A stretch of 51,803 bases of DNA, from the IMG/VR virus record IMGVR_UViG_3300023097_000005, positions 1 to 51,803 of that record; one strand, given 5' to 3'. This document shows positions 1 to 8,912 of the stretch, piece after piece. The stretch's first letter is position 1; the number at the start of each line of letters is the position of its first letter. This DNA is from a virus. Below the pieces are notes generated by a model. The model worked only from the letters and a program-made list of their open reading frames with translations. It was not told the DNA's origin and ran no database searches. The translations under genes and the position numbers were made by a program.

Positions 1-127
1 TTGGAATAGATGGTGATGAACGACCCGGCGTTGGTCTGGTTGATGACCGTGCCGAAGACCCACGCTCCCACCTGCGGATTGATTGGCGCACCCGTGTTGC
101 GGAAGGAGTCCCCTCGAATAACGCATG
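1..127. repeat. Terminal direct overlap identical to 51677..51803 (circular-assembly signature)
   Basis: The first 127 nt (ttggaatagatggtgatgaacg...cgaataacgcatg) recur base-for-base as the last 127 nt. The repeat lies inside an open reading frame. Confidence 0.95.
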
Positions 128-581
128 TAACCGCACCGTTGGTTCCGTTCGGGCCATCGTCGAAAATTGCGGTGTCCGAGGTTCCAGTAAAGTTCACCTT
201 GGCTCCAGGAGCGAAATCCCAGTTGACTCCGTTCTTGAGTAGGTTGTTCGTGTCATACGTTCCCGGCCCGACAAAGATCGTGTCTCCGCTAGCCGCCGCC
301 GTCTTGGCCGCTTGCAGGGCTGTTCCGCGCGCCGCGTTGGTATCTGCCGCTGGAGGAAAGACTGTTTGTGAACCGTCATCTCCAAGGAGCGTCACTTGGC
401 TTAGTGCGCCAAGGTTCTTCCGCGCGATAAGCTGCTCCGCCGCCGTTTTGGTTTGCGCAGTGTAGAGGACGGCATCGCCTGCGCCACCGCTCGCAACAGC
501 TTGCAATGCGGTTGCCGCCTTTAGCAGAAGGGTATTATCCGTGTCCCCAAACTTTGCTTCTTGATCCTGTAATTCAGCCAT
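1..581 (-). CDS. Tailspike / right-handed beta-helix (pectate-lyase-like depolymerase) protein, N-terminal part; the gene wraps the contig junction
   Basis: Minus-strand ATG at 581 with the frame open to nt 1. Through the 127-nt overlap it is in frame with 50752..51803 (my count 1506 nt, 501 aa). Translation MAELQDQEAKFGDTDNTLLL...AAKTAAASGDTIFVGPGTYDTNN carries the classic beta-helix entry motif. Confidence 0.8.
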   Translation of the reverse strand, partial: MAELQDQEAKFGDTDNTLLLKAATALQAVASGGAGDAVLYTAQTKTAAEQLIARKNLGALSQVTLLGDDGSQTVFPPAADTNAARGTALQAAKTAAASGDTIFVGPGTYDTNNLLKNGVNWDFAPGAKVNFTGTSDTAIFDDGPNGTNGAVTCVIRGDSFRNTGAPINPQVGAWVFGTVINQTNAGSFITIYS

Positions 582-584
582 TTT

Positions 585-773
585 TTAGAGTTGTTGGACT
601 GCGTAAGCGAAACGCAACAGATTGGAGTTGGTTTGGCCGAGTTGCGGAGTCTGTCGCTCGATATTCGCAGAGTTCACCACCCCGGCATAGGTCTGCGCCG
701 CCCTGGCGAGCTTCGCAATAAGCGTGTCGTCAGTGTCCCCGAACTTGGCTGCCTGTGTTAGTGTATCGGCCAT
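585..773 (-). CDS. Small virion-associated protein sharing its N-terminal motif with the tailspike
   Basis: 62-aa ORF between the capsid gene and the tailspike. MADTLTQAAKFGDTDDTLIAKLA resembles tailspike MAELQDQEAKFGDTDNTLLLKAA. Confidence 0.6.
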   Translation of the reverse strand: MADTLTQAAKFGDTDDTLIAKLARAAQTYAGVVNSANIERQTPQLGQTNSNLLRFAYAVQQL

Positions 774-831
774 ATTGAAATCTCAATGGCGCAGCGGAGA
801 TTTCGCCCCGCTGCGCTGTTTGAGGTTTCTT

Positions 832-2055
832 TTACAAGCCGCTGGTGCAGACCGTCACGGCCTGATCGTTCTGGCAACGCTTGAAGAACAATACCCAGCC
901 GAACTGCGTGTGGATCGGCTCAGGGGCGTAGACGTATTCTGCGAAGTGCGCGCCCCACTTGTGGAGAGGGTCGAAGCAGGCGGCACCACCGTTGAGCACC
1001 ATGTTGTTCGCGCCAGTGATGAAGTTCCAGTCGCCATTCCACGAGGTGACATCGAAATCGAGCCCGGCGTTGTCGGGAGTCACGATGTCCGCCTTCCACT
1101 GCATGGTGTGCGGGATGATGGCTGCCTCGTACTCGGCATTGATGTAGGCGCTGGTTTCGGCAGAGCCGGTGCCGTAGGTGACATCACCGTTGTTGTCGAA
1201 GGCTTCGACTTCCACGAGGATGCTGTTGTTCCATGAGAAGCGCGGCGGATGCGTAACGGGCGCAAAGCGGAAGTTCTTGATCTGGCGACTCGCCCCAATT
1301 GCTCGCAGCGTTTCAGCCATCGCTCCCTTGCCCTCAAAGGCGTATTGGAAATCGCCCCGAATGGCAGGCATGTTGGTCGCGAGACGGTTGAGCATCTCCA
1401 GACCGATGAAGATAGGGAAAACCGGGCCGTCAGGGCCGTACTCGATGACCTGTTCGTCGCCGTTGGTCGCACCCGAACTGATGAGGCGAGCCGCCACGCC
1501 ATCCAGCCAATCCCAATTCAATTGGGAGGTGGGCTTGATCGTCGGATTGGTCGTGCCGGTGAAGACATTGCTGAAGGCCCCGCTGGCAATCGACATCTTG
1601 TTGCTGAACTTGATGGTCTGATCGCGGAACTCCAAGTCGATCTTACGCTTCACGTAATTTGAGAGTGACGGCACATAATGGCCCTGAATGAAAGCCATGG
1701 GATTGTGCGAGTAGGTCAGGGTATCTTTACAAATGGACGGCCCCTTGAGCGAGAGTTTGCGTGGGGCAAAGTTCTTCTCCTTGAAACCCACCGGAACATC
1801 CGTGTAGGTGTCGGCGCACGCGCCGCCCGTGATGATATTGTTCGCCAGCGTCACATCGGACCAACCGGCGCTCTTGCTGGTCGGCTCAACGCGACCCGCG
1901 ATGAAGGTCGTCATATTGACGCCGCTGTTCTTGGGGAACACGCCGCGCTGGACGAAGTTGTAGTAAGGAGTGGCGGGCGACGGGATCATGTGAATCTCGT
2001 TGCCAAGGTGTTCGGTGTTGATCCGAAGGCCAGTGAAGTAGTCAGGACATGCCAT
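832..2055 (-). CDS. Putative major capsid protein
   Basis: 407-aa ORF in the late operon downstream of portal and scaffold. It is preceded by the only sizeable intergenic gap of the operon (187 bp). Size fits an HK97-fold MCP. No motif-level proof. Confidence 0.6.
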   Translation of the reverse strand: MACPDYFTGLRINTEHLGNEIHMIPSPATPYYNFVQRGVFPKNSGVNMTTFIAGRVEPTSKSAGWSDVTLANNIITGGACADTYTDVPVGFKEKNFAPRKLSLKGPSICKDTLTYSHNPMAFIQGHYVPSLSNYVKRKIDLEFRDQTIKFSNKMSIASGAFSNVFTGTTNPTIKPTSQLNWDWLDGVAARLISSGATNGDEQVIEYGPDGPVFPIFIGLEMLNRLATNMPAIRGDFQYAFEGKGAMAETLRAIGASRQIKNFRFAPVTHPPRFSWNNSILVEVEAFDNNGDVTYGTGSAETSAYINAEYEAAIIPHTMQWKADIVTPDNAGLDFDVTSWNGDWNFITGANNMVLNGGAACFDPLHKWGAHFAEYVYAPEPIHTQFGWVLFFKRCQNDQAVTVCTSGL

Positions 2056-2206
2056 ATGAGTAGGATTTGAAAAAAGCAGGGTGTTGAAACCACGCGAAAT
2101 CCCCGTCGATAACGGGCGCGTGTTTGGTTTCAGGTTGGGCCGGTTCCTGTATTTTCAGCCCAAAGTTGGCGGGAGGAGCACCGCTGAATCGAACCTCTGG
2201 ATTCGC

Positions 2207-2234
2207 TTTTTACGTTTTAAGCGTAAAAGGTCAA
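2207..2234 (-). promoter_or_regulatory. Candidate sigma70-like promoter upstream of the capsid gene
   Basis: The minus strand reads TTGACC-N16-TAAAAA inside the 2056..2242 gap. A 7-bp AT-rich inverted repeat (TTTTACG/CGTAAAA) overlaps it. Confidence 0.2.
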
Positions 2235-2242
2235 CAACTATT

Positions 2243-3403
2243 TTACCGAACCTCGATAAACACATCCTCCCCATGACTCCGCAGTGCCTCTACGTTTCTC
2301 CTGATCTCAACTGACAGGTTCCAGGCCAGAACCACGAACAGAATCTTCCGAGCCTGCATTGTGCCAATCTCTGTGAATGGCACAATGCGCATGCCGCTCG
2401 TGCGCTTGTTCCACTTGGTCGGCGTGGTATCGGCCAGCACATCCAACTTCACGCCAGCCATATTCAGGATGGAAATACCCTTGGCTGCCGCTCCGCATCC
2501 AACAGTGTAAAATCCATCATCCTGATAGGTTTTGATGCGTTCCTTAATACGCGCGATTTTCTCAGCTACATGCGCTTTCCACCAGCGATAAATAGGACCG
2601 CGATGCAGTCCAACAGCGCGCTCCCATTGCATCCGGTTCTTCACACGAACAGATGACTCGCCCGCCAGTCCAAGCACGAAAACGTAGCTGGTTCCATGGA
2701 TGTCGTGCATGACAATATCCAACACTTTTAGACCGGATCGCTGCGCCAAATTCGCCATGGAGACGGAGTTGAAATACGAGATGTGCTCGTGATAAATCGT
2801 GTCGCACTCGCCATTCACGACGATGTTCGCCTGGGAGGTGGCGACAAACAACCGAGACCCGCTATGCATTATTTTTACGCATTTTCGTAAAAACTCCATC
2901 GGGCGGTGCGTGTGGGCGACAACATTCTGCGCGGTAATGATGTCGAAGGTGTGCCCCTCGGGGAATGTTGCATCCTCAAATAGCGAGATAATAACTCCGT
3001 GCCCTTTGGTAGCCGCGATAACCGCCAAGTTCACAGCTGGATCAACGCCGGTTGTCTTCAGGCCCAGCGCCTTAAAGGCGTCCAGTTGCGAGCCATCATT
3101 GCTAGCGATGTCTAAAATGGATGAGGCTGACGGCACGTAGCTCAACGCCGTGCGCGCAAAGGAGGCGAAGAAATCCGCCGCCGTTCGGCCTGTTCCGGAA
3201 CAGTAAGCGTAATCACTGTAAAGAACCAGCGGATCGACGGCCCCACTTAATTGCAGATGGCAGCAAGCCGCGCAGCGATTGACCCGCATCGGCACCAATT
3301 CATCCACTCCGTAGGTGTTGACTAAAGGCATCCCTCCAAAGTCAATGAGCGGAACCAGCACCCCCTCGCAGCACAGACATCTAGGAAGCGGGATGATGTT
3401 CAT
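2243..3403 (-). CDS. NDP-sugar C-methyltransferase-like SAM-dependent methyltransferase
   Basis: N-terminal CxxC...CxxC zinc ribbon (CLCCEG...CAACCH), SAM motif I ILDIASNDG, and a C-terminal C-methyltransferase-type domain. Start refined to Met at 3403 (MNIIPLPRC); the longer ORF N-terminus looks out of frame. Confidence 0.7.
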   Translation of the reverse strand: MNIIPLPRCLCCEGVLVPLIDFGGMPLVNTYGVDELVPMRVNRCAACCHLQLSGAVDPLVLYSDYAYCSGTGRTAADFFASFARTALSYVPSASSILDIASNDGSQLDAFKALGLKTTGVDPAVNLAVIAATKGHGVIISLFEDATFPEGHTFDIITAQNVVAHTHRPMEFLRKCVKIMHSGSRLFVATSQANIVVNGECDTIYHEHISYFNSVSMANLAQRSGLKVLDIVMHDIHGTSYVFVLGLAGESSVRVKNRMQWERAVGLHRGPIYRWWKAHVAEKIARIKERIKTYQDDGFYTVGCGAAAKGISILNMAGVKLDVLADTTPTKWNKRTSGMRIVPFTEIGTMQARKILFVVLAWNLSVEIRRNVEALRSHGEDVFIEVR

Positions 3404-4076
3404 GGACGAGACTGATCTTGGATGGGTTGCCGCTGAAAACCTTAGGCTCGTACCACGGGATGGGATAGCCCGGTTCGATGCGAATGGGGTGATCGCCCAC
3501 AAACTGACGGCAGAACTCAGCCACCGGCACAGCATTACCAGTGCAGCAATCCATGATGCCATTAACCTCCGTTTGAAGCGCCACATCCACCAAACGTGCG
3601 GCCACTTCGCGAACATCCATAAAGTCTCGGGAGCCGTCGATAACCTTAAACACCTCGTCACCGCGATTCATGGCCTCGGCCAAACTCGGCACGAGACATT
3701 CCCTGCGCTGACCTGGGCCATGAAGATACCATAGCCTGACCCATTTGGCGCGGGGCAACTTGCTCATCAGAAATTCGCGCACGAAAGTCTTGGCCATTCC
3801 GTAGGCTGGTGGAATCGCCACCGTCTCAAGGCATGTTCCGGCCACGGTGATGTTCTTGATTTCATCAGCCAGCATGGCGTCCAGTAAATCGCACTGCCAT
3901 TGGGCATGTTCCAGATGGGAGGCGTTTTCGTAGTTGGGCAATCCACCCCACGCCAAATGGATGACGGCAGCCGGTCGATCTGTAAAATCATTGGAGAGTT
4001 CGATTCCTCGATCCAACAGGCACTTCACGACATGCTTGCCCACAAAACCTGACTTTCCTGTGACCAATACCTTCAT
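3381..4076 (-). CDS. NAD-dependent sugar epimerase/reductase (extended SDR family)
   Basis: MKVLVTGKSGFVGKHV Rossmann GxxGxxG motif and a YGMAK (YxxxK) catalytic motif. Confidence 0.75.
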   Translation of the reverse strand: MKVLVTGKSGFVGKHVVKCLLDRGIELSNDFTDRPAAVIHLAWGGLPNYENASHLEHAQWQCDLLDAMLADEIKNITVAGTCLETVAIPPAYGMAKTFVREFLMSKLPRAKWVRLWYLHGPGQRRECLVPSLAEAMNRGDEVFKVIDGSRDFMDVREVAARLVDVALQTEVNGIMDCCTGNAVPVAEFCRQFVGDHPIRIEPGYPIPWYEPKVFSGNPSKISLVHEHHPAS

Positions 4077-4768
4077 CCGTTGGCGAGTTTCTCCAGATAG
4101 GCCCGACCAGCCGAATCAGAGGTGGCGTAAAGTTCGGCATGTTTGTCATGAACGATCAAATCGCTCTGGTCGCCGTCTCGAAACACATTCGGAGGTTTTC
4201 GGCAGTCCAGCAAATCGTATACGCCGCTCCACGTTACCATCTTGACTGGAAATCCCTGCGCCTTGGCCCACAGGCTGAAGTTCGGAACGCCTGGAAATCC
4301 CATCGACTCGAATTGATACGTGGCCTCCCGGCTATCGACGGTCGCCGGATAGCCGTTGATGACAGATGGACTGAACGCCATGCAGGGCGTGCGGATATGC
4401 GGAGCGACCTCTAGCGAAGCCATCGGCCCGTAGAGCCCCTCACCGTGCTTCTCGAAGGCGCTGACAAATTGCTCCAGCCATCCATTACCCATGATCTGAG
4501 TCGTGGAATTAAAGCAGACCAACAGATCGGATTCGATATTGCGCCCAGCGAACTGCCATGAGCCACAGTCCCATCCGCCACCATCGTAGCGCAGGATGTC
4601 CGTGGCTACATCGTCAAAAGACGAGTCGCCATCGGCATAGCGGTTAATGATGACTAAATCATGCGGAATCTCGGGTTTGTGGCGACGATAGGCAGAGAGC
4701 CAGCGTTGTGCGCCCGGCTCGTATTCTGGTTTTCCGACGACGCGGACGAAAACAATGGCGGGCTTCAT
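4073..4768 (-). CDS. Hypothetical protein, possibly a GT-A/GT2-like glycosyltransferase
   Basis: Start MKPAIVFV is ATGA-coupled to the upstream stop. The segment YDGGGWDCGSWQFAGRNIESDLLVCFNSTTQIMGNGWLEQF resembles the GT2 core pattern. Confidence 0.35.
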   Translation of the reverse strand: MKPAIVFVRVVGKPEYEPGAQRWLSAYRRHKPEIPHDLVIINRYADGDSSFDDVATDILRYDGGGWDCGSWQFAGRNIESDLLVCFNSTTQIMGNGWLEQFVSAFEKHGEGLYGPMASLEVAPHIRTPCMAFSPSVINGYPATVDSREATYQFESMGFPGVPNFSLWAKAQGFPVKMVTWSGVYDLLDCRKPPNVFRDGDQSDLIVHDKHAELYATSDSAGRAYLEKLANG

Positions 4769-5235
4769 GGTAGGTGTGCCCAAGTTCTACGAGAGCGTAT
4801 ACTTGTGACATTGGTCTCACTAGTGCCGAATCTTTTGGCGATGCTTCTTGTTGTTCCATGAGCATCTCTGATCTGAATAACTTGCAATGACGTAAGTTTT
4901 GCTCTCGGGCTGTATTCACCACATTTACTGACGTGTCTTCCTCGCTCTACGCAGTCTCCAACATTTTGCGCCTGTGTTCCGCTAATAATGTGGTCTGGCC
5001 GAATACACCATTTGTTATCGCAAGAGTGACGCGATACAACCGTAGGAGGAATATCCCCAAACCGTCGAATTAACAATAGTCGGGAGATTCTTATGGCCTT
5101 TTTGTATCCTCCGCGTCGCATTCTAGGGTATCCTTGGTTATCAAGAGCATGACTTGTGCATCTTATGCATTCGCCTTCTCTTATCCAAGACATCTCCTTT
5201 CGTGTTCTATCGCCAACTAGCTTTCGTTTATTCAT
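4765..5235 (-). mobile_element. HNH (HNH_3-type) homing endonuclease with C-terminal HTH
   Basis: Motifs CIRCTSHALDNQGYPR...SRHSCDNKWCIRPDHIISGTQAQNVGD...LTSLQVIQIR...IAKRFGTSETNVTSIRSRRTW. The gene is visibly more AT-rich than its flanks. Confidence 0.85.
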
Positions 5236-5239
5236 GTTA

Positions 5240-5842
5240 TCAGTATGGCAGAACGCGCCGAAAAAGCATCATTCCCATGAGTCCACTATCTGATTCGAGT
5301 TCTCGGACAAACTCAAAGTCGGATCGACGACCATCAAGCAGACCCAGTTTCTTAAGTGCCTCTCGCACACCTAAAGTAGAATCTTTCTTTCCTGCATATC
5401 CGTGATACTGCGGCCAATCGCCTTGTTCTTTTTTCCCGGTGGGAAGGGCGGTGTCGTGCAGGAGAATATAGCCCCCGACCTCGACAAACGGGGAGTAGTT
5501 CAGGAAGTCTTGAGAACTGTGATTAACACAATGGCATGCATCAATGAATAAAAAGTTAAACGAGCCGTGAATGTTCCTCCACATATCCATGCTGTCTCCC
5601 GCATGAAACTCGTAGTCCGGCGTCGGGATTGGCGCAGGTTTCTGCTCAGGGAAATCCACACCAGCAGCGTAAATAGGCACTCCAATCTCACGGCATTTCT
5701 TGACGACACCCCTTGTTGAGTTTCCGCCAAACACCCCTATCTCCAAGAACCGGACTTCGCCAAAATCCCTCTTGAGGGTTTCGATCAGGTCATCAATCAG
5801 TGCGGCTTCTACGGGTCGCAGGAATACGTAGGTTTCGTTCAT
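5240..5842 (-). CDS. Class I SAM-dependent methyltransferase (O-methyltransferase/CmcI-like)
   Basis: FLEIGVFGGNST motif I and LFIDACHCVNHSSQDF...GGYILLHD. Confidence 0.6.
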   Translation of the reverse strand: MNETYVFLRPVEAALIDDLIETLKRDFGEVRFLEIGVFGGNSTRGVVKKCREIGVPIYAAGVDFPEQKPAPIPTPDYEFHAGDSMDMWRNIHGSFNFLFIDACHCVNHSSQDFLNYSPFVEVGGYILLHDTALPTGKKEQGDWPQYHGYAGKKDSTLGVREALKKLGLLDGRRSDFEFVRELESDSGLMGMMLFRRVLPY

Positions 5843-5845
5843 AAA

Positions 5846-6634
5846 TCAGTTGTCCCAAGTCAGCCCGTAGGCGGCAATATCTTTCGGATGAACTTCTGTG
5901 TGTGGATCGCGGAACATATCCTCGCCAGCCGCTTGCTGCCAGAAATCGTTGTCCAGCGGAAGATTGAGAAACTTCTCGTTCATCTGTCGGAAAAGATAGA
6001 GCGTGAACTCCGCTGACGTGTGGTTGGGCGTCCAGAAGAAGCGTTTCTTCGTCCAATGCTCCATGAAATACGGGCCGAACTCAGGGAAACTTGTCAGCCA
6101 GCAGAGATTGCAAAACTTTGCCACCGCCTGTTGCCCAAGTTCAATCCAGTTGGACGGCACATCCCCAAACGAGGCGAAGTCATTCCACAAGATGAAAAGG
6201 TCGTGAAAATTCGGGATGCTGATGTCCAGACGTGGATTCATACCGAACTGATAAATGTTCTTCGGGGATTCCGTGGAGGTGTTGAACATACCGTAATTCC
6301 CAAAATGCTCATGGATGAAGATCGTTGTCTCACTCAGGACTTGCAGGATGCGTGGATCGGTTTCCAGCGCGTCAATCACAGCCTCCAGATTGACCTCTTC
6401 CTCGCGTGCATTCCAATTCCAGTCGAATGGATTTATGTAGGTGATGGTCAGGCCGCCAAGAAGAGCATTTGCCCGCTCCAGATAGTTCAGGAAGGCCATT
6501 GTCCGACACGAACCAAGAACGAGCACTTTTTCGGGTCCATCTCCCACTCGAAAGTACCCGTTTTTCAACTGCTCTCGCTTGGTATCAAACGTGTAAATCA
6601 TGGAAGGAAAGACATCGTTCCGCACTCGGTCCAT
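5846..6634 (-). CDS. Polysaccharide-modifying enzyme-like protein (WcbI-like?)
   Basis: VLVLGSCRTMAFLNYLE and FWTPNHTSAEFTLYLFRQM resemble WcbI-type capsule enzymes. Recognition is weak. Confidence 0.3.
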   Translation of the reverse strand: MDRVRNDVFPSMIYTFDTKREQLKNGYFRVGDGPEKVLVLGSCRTMAFLNYLERANALLGGLTITYINPFDWNWNAREEEVNLEAVIDALETDPRILQVLSETTIFIHEHFGNYGMFNTSTESPKNIYQFGMNPRLDISIPNFHDLFILWNDFASFGDVPSNWIELGQQAVAKFCNLCWLTSFPEFGPYFMEHWTKKRFFWTPNHTSAEFTLYLFRQMNEKFLNLPLDNDFWQQAAGEDMFRDPHTEVHPKDIAAYGLTWDN

Positions 6635-6825
6635 AGGACGCTAAATTCATCAAAATACTCACAGTTTGGTTTGTTTTCGATTCCCTTATAGTTTCCATAT
6701 ACCACGCTAATCCACATCCTTCCGTAGATAAGGATTTGAAAACCATCTCGTTTTTTGTATTCGCGAATAAAGACACGTCCAGCCCTGCGCTTGCGAATAT
6801 TCAGCCATGTTTCGGTGATCTTCAT
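6598..6825 (-). CDS. Hypothetical small protein
   Basis: 75-aa ORF, ATGA-coupled to the upstream gene, in an AT-rich segment. Confidence 0.4.
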   Translation of the reverse strand: MKITETWLNIRKRRAGRVFIREYKKRDGFQILIYGRMWISVVYGNYKGIENKPNCEYFDEFSVLWTECGTMSFLP

Positions 6826-7535
6826 GGCAGATGCGCCTTTAATTCCCGCATGAGTTTCACATCCAATTCACGGCTGTGATCCTGCTTCACCCGAAAAAAG
6901 AAGTGCCCATCGGCCTTGTGCAGATCGGAAAAGTCTGTGAACTCGAATGGCTCGCCGCCTCCGTACGTCATACAGGCCCATTTTCCGTCGAATTGATCGT
7001 CAATCGTGCAGAACATCGCCCCCTGCTTCATATCGATTCCGATGCCCTGCGCGCAGCGAGTGATCGCCTCGTCGTCCATGAGTTTGTTCTTCCATCCACC
7101 CCCCGCTGCCACCATGCGCTCCACAACGTCACGCGAGATGATGTATTGCCCGCCCCCCCAGAGAAAGCCTTGCTCATCCGCGCCTCCTGTCCACGCCCCC
7201 CTTAGAACGCCAGTTCGAGGCAGACTCTCACAGTGCTTCGCTAAATTTCCCTTGTGGACATAGCAACTGGAGTTTGGTCGGGCCAAAAAATCCCATTCTT
7301 TCTCCAAGGCCCAACCGAACGCCTCCAGCGTTCTAGGGCTGATATTTTCCAGCGAATCCTCCATTGCCGAGTATCGGATATTCTCGCGCCTCAACTCGTT
7401 GCCGTTGTGCTGGGCGCAGTAATAAAGCGTTTCCACGTCAGGATGATCGACCGCATCCCACGTCAGAAGCGATGTGTCCATGAGTCTGTCCCATGGGTCG
7501 CGGCGTGAACTCAGGACGAGAATCAGGACTTTCAT
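6822..7535 (-). CDS. Fringe/GT31-like glycosyltransferase
   Basis: FLWGGGQYIISRDVVERMV...LMDDEAITRCAQGIGI matches the GGaG..lSr...DD..lG.C pattern of Fringe-like GT-A enzymes. Confidence 0.5.
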   Translation of the reverse strand: MKVLILVLSSRRDPWDRLMDTSLLTWDAVDHPDVETLYYCAQHNGNELRRENIRYSAMEDSLENISPRTLEAFGWALEKEWDFLARPNSSCYVHKGNLAKHCESLPRTGVLRGAWTGGADEQGFLWGGGQYIISRDVVERMVAAGGGWKNKLMDDEAITRCAQGIGIDMKQGAMFCTIDDQFDGKWACMTYGGGEPFEFTDFSDLHKADGHFFFRVKQDHSRELDVKLMRELKAHLP

Positions 7536-8218
7536 GCCAGCGCCCTTTTTTTAGCGGGCCGGAACGAACCTTCAGCCATTCTGGACAAGACGCGCTCTTT
7601 CCCATGCGTCCGGTACGCCTGTTTTACGGCTGAGTAACTGACCCCATTAATCTCAGCCAATTCTGATAAGCATACACTAGTGCCATTCCATTCGACCCTG
7701 ACGTTGATATTGGAGTTTCTGCCTTGTTCTAGTGGAGTCGCCCAGCGGCAGTTTCCGGGTTCATAATTTCCGTTGTGGTTGGGAAATCTGTCCAGTGTCG
7801 TTCCATTGGGTCGTTCACCCATGTCTCGCAAAAAGTTCTTAAACTCACTCCATTCATCACAAACCCTAACGCCCCGACCACCGTAGGTTTTCCAGAACGG
7901 ATCATTGGGATTTGAGCACCGATTTTTCATTGAATACCAAGAGGTATAAGTTCTGGTGCATTTACCATTCTCGCGCCTTGTGTGCCTGTGAAATATACAC
8001 CCGCAGCTTATGGTTTTCCCGTTGGCTATATGCACACCACGAACCGCCTTGTATTTACCGCAATCGCATTTGCACATCCACAATCGAATAGATGCTCCAT
8101 TCGGACTTCGGAGCGATGGAATCTCGTATTGAACAACGAGATTCCCTGATCGATGACCCGTTAAATCTTTTGCTTTTGGCATACACCAAATACCACAGTA
8201 TTGAAGCCTATTACGCAA
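7532..8218 (-). mobile_element. Phage Zn-ribbon / YGGRG-NCRW DNA-binding protein (homing-endonuclease-associated family)
   Basis: Motifs CKCDCGKYK...SCGC...YTSWYSMKNRCSNPNDPFWKTYGGRGVRVCDEWSEFKNFLRDMGERPNGTTLDRFPNHNGNYEPGNCRWATPLEQGRN. AT-rich relative to its neighbours. Start could be Met at 8182. Confidence 0.55.
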
Positions 8219-8912
8219 GTGCTAATTCAAGATTTTTTTGAATCTCATCCGAGAAACCGCCGTGCGACCAGTGCTGATGTACAAAAGGCACGCCTAATTC
8301 AACATCCGTGTTCGTCCAATTGATGCGCTCGCGATGATGATTCCAGAGCCATGCCCCCATGATGTTCCACTCGCTGAAATCCTTGGAGGGCTGTGCGGCA
8401 ATGTAATTTTCCAAGCTCATTCCGTGGACCCTCCAGAACCATTGGCGTAGACCTTCTAGCGCCCAGCGTGGAACGCAGAAGGGATGGCGGCGCATGAACT
8501 CAAACTCCACCGGTCGTTTCATCGCCTTTTCGGTCACCGCGCGCCAGAATTGAGCGTTATCGCCCGTCAGGCTGCTATATGGGGTATAGAGCCAATTCGC
8601 CCTGTTTCCATCCACACAGTCGGATGGTGTAATTTCACGGGTAAAGATCGTATCGCTGTCGGTGTAGAGGATGTAATCGGCGTCCGTAAAGGAGTCAGCG
8701 TGGAGTTTGCAACTCTGCTGATCCAAATAGCCGTCCATTTTCTCATGGATGAAGAAGACGGTTTCTGCGGTGCCGGTCGGCGGATGCTGTCCATGCGGAA
8801 CAACCACAATCGTCTTTCGGAATCCCTTGGCGAATCGCTGGATAGAGCGAAGACAGTAGGTGAGCCACTCAAAATCCCCTGCATACGACCGAACGAAAAT
8901 GTCACAGGTCAC
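8211..8912 (-). CDS. GT-A fold glycosyltransferase-like protein (DxD motif)
   Basis: CDIFVRSYAGDFEWLTYCLRSIQRF...ILYTDSDTIF (DSD). Confidence 0.45.
   Translation of the reverse strand: MTCDIFVRSYAGDFEWLTYCLRSIQRFAKGFRKTIVVVPHGQHPPTGTAETVFFIHEKMDGYLDQQSCKLHADSFTDADYILYTDSDTIFTREITPSDCVDGNRANWLYTPYSSLTGDNAQFWRAVTEKAMKRPVEFEFMRRHPFCVPRWALEGLRQWFWRVHGMSLENYIAAQPSKDFSEWNIMGAWLWNHHRERINWTNTDVELGVPFVHQHWSHGGFSDEIQKNLELALA

Noticed and set aside
1-127. Interpreting the 127-bp terminal repeat as a physical T7-like direct terminal repeat.
   Set aside because: It falls inside a continuous coding frame, and its length equals a common assembler maximum k-mer. Circularisation overlap is the simpler explanation.
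10-465. Plus-strand 151-aa ORF at the left end.
   Set aside because: It is antisense to the tailspike frame, which has clear beta-helix motifs. Its composition (P/A/V/S-rich) is typical of a shadow ORF in GC-rich DNA.
2165-2255. Possible tRNA, suggested by a GGTTCGATTC T-loop-like string and ...CCCGCCA on the minus strand.
   Set aside because: No T stem can form (AGAGG vs CAGCG), and there is no matching 5-prime acceptor strand. It is only a short GAATC/GATTC hairpin.
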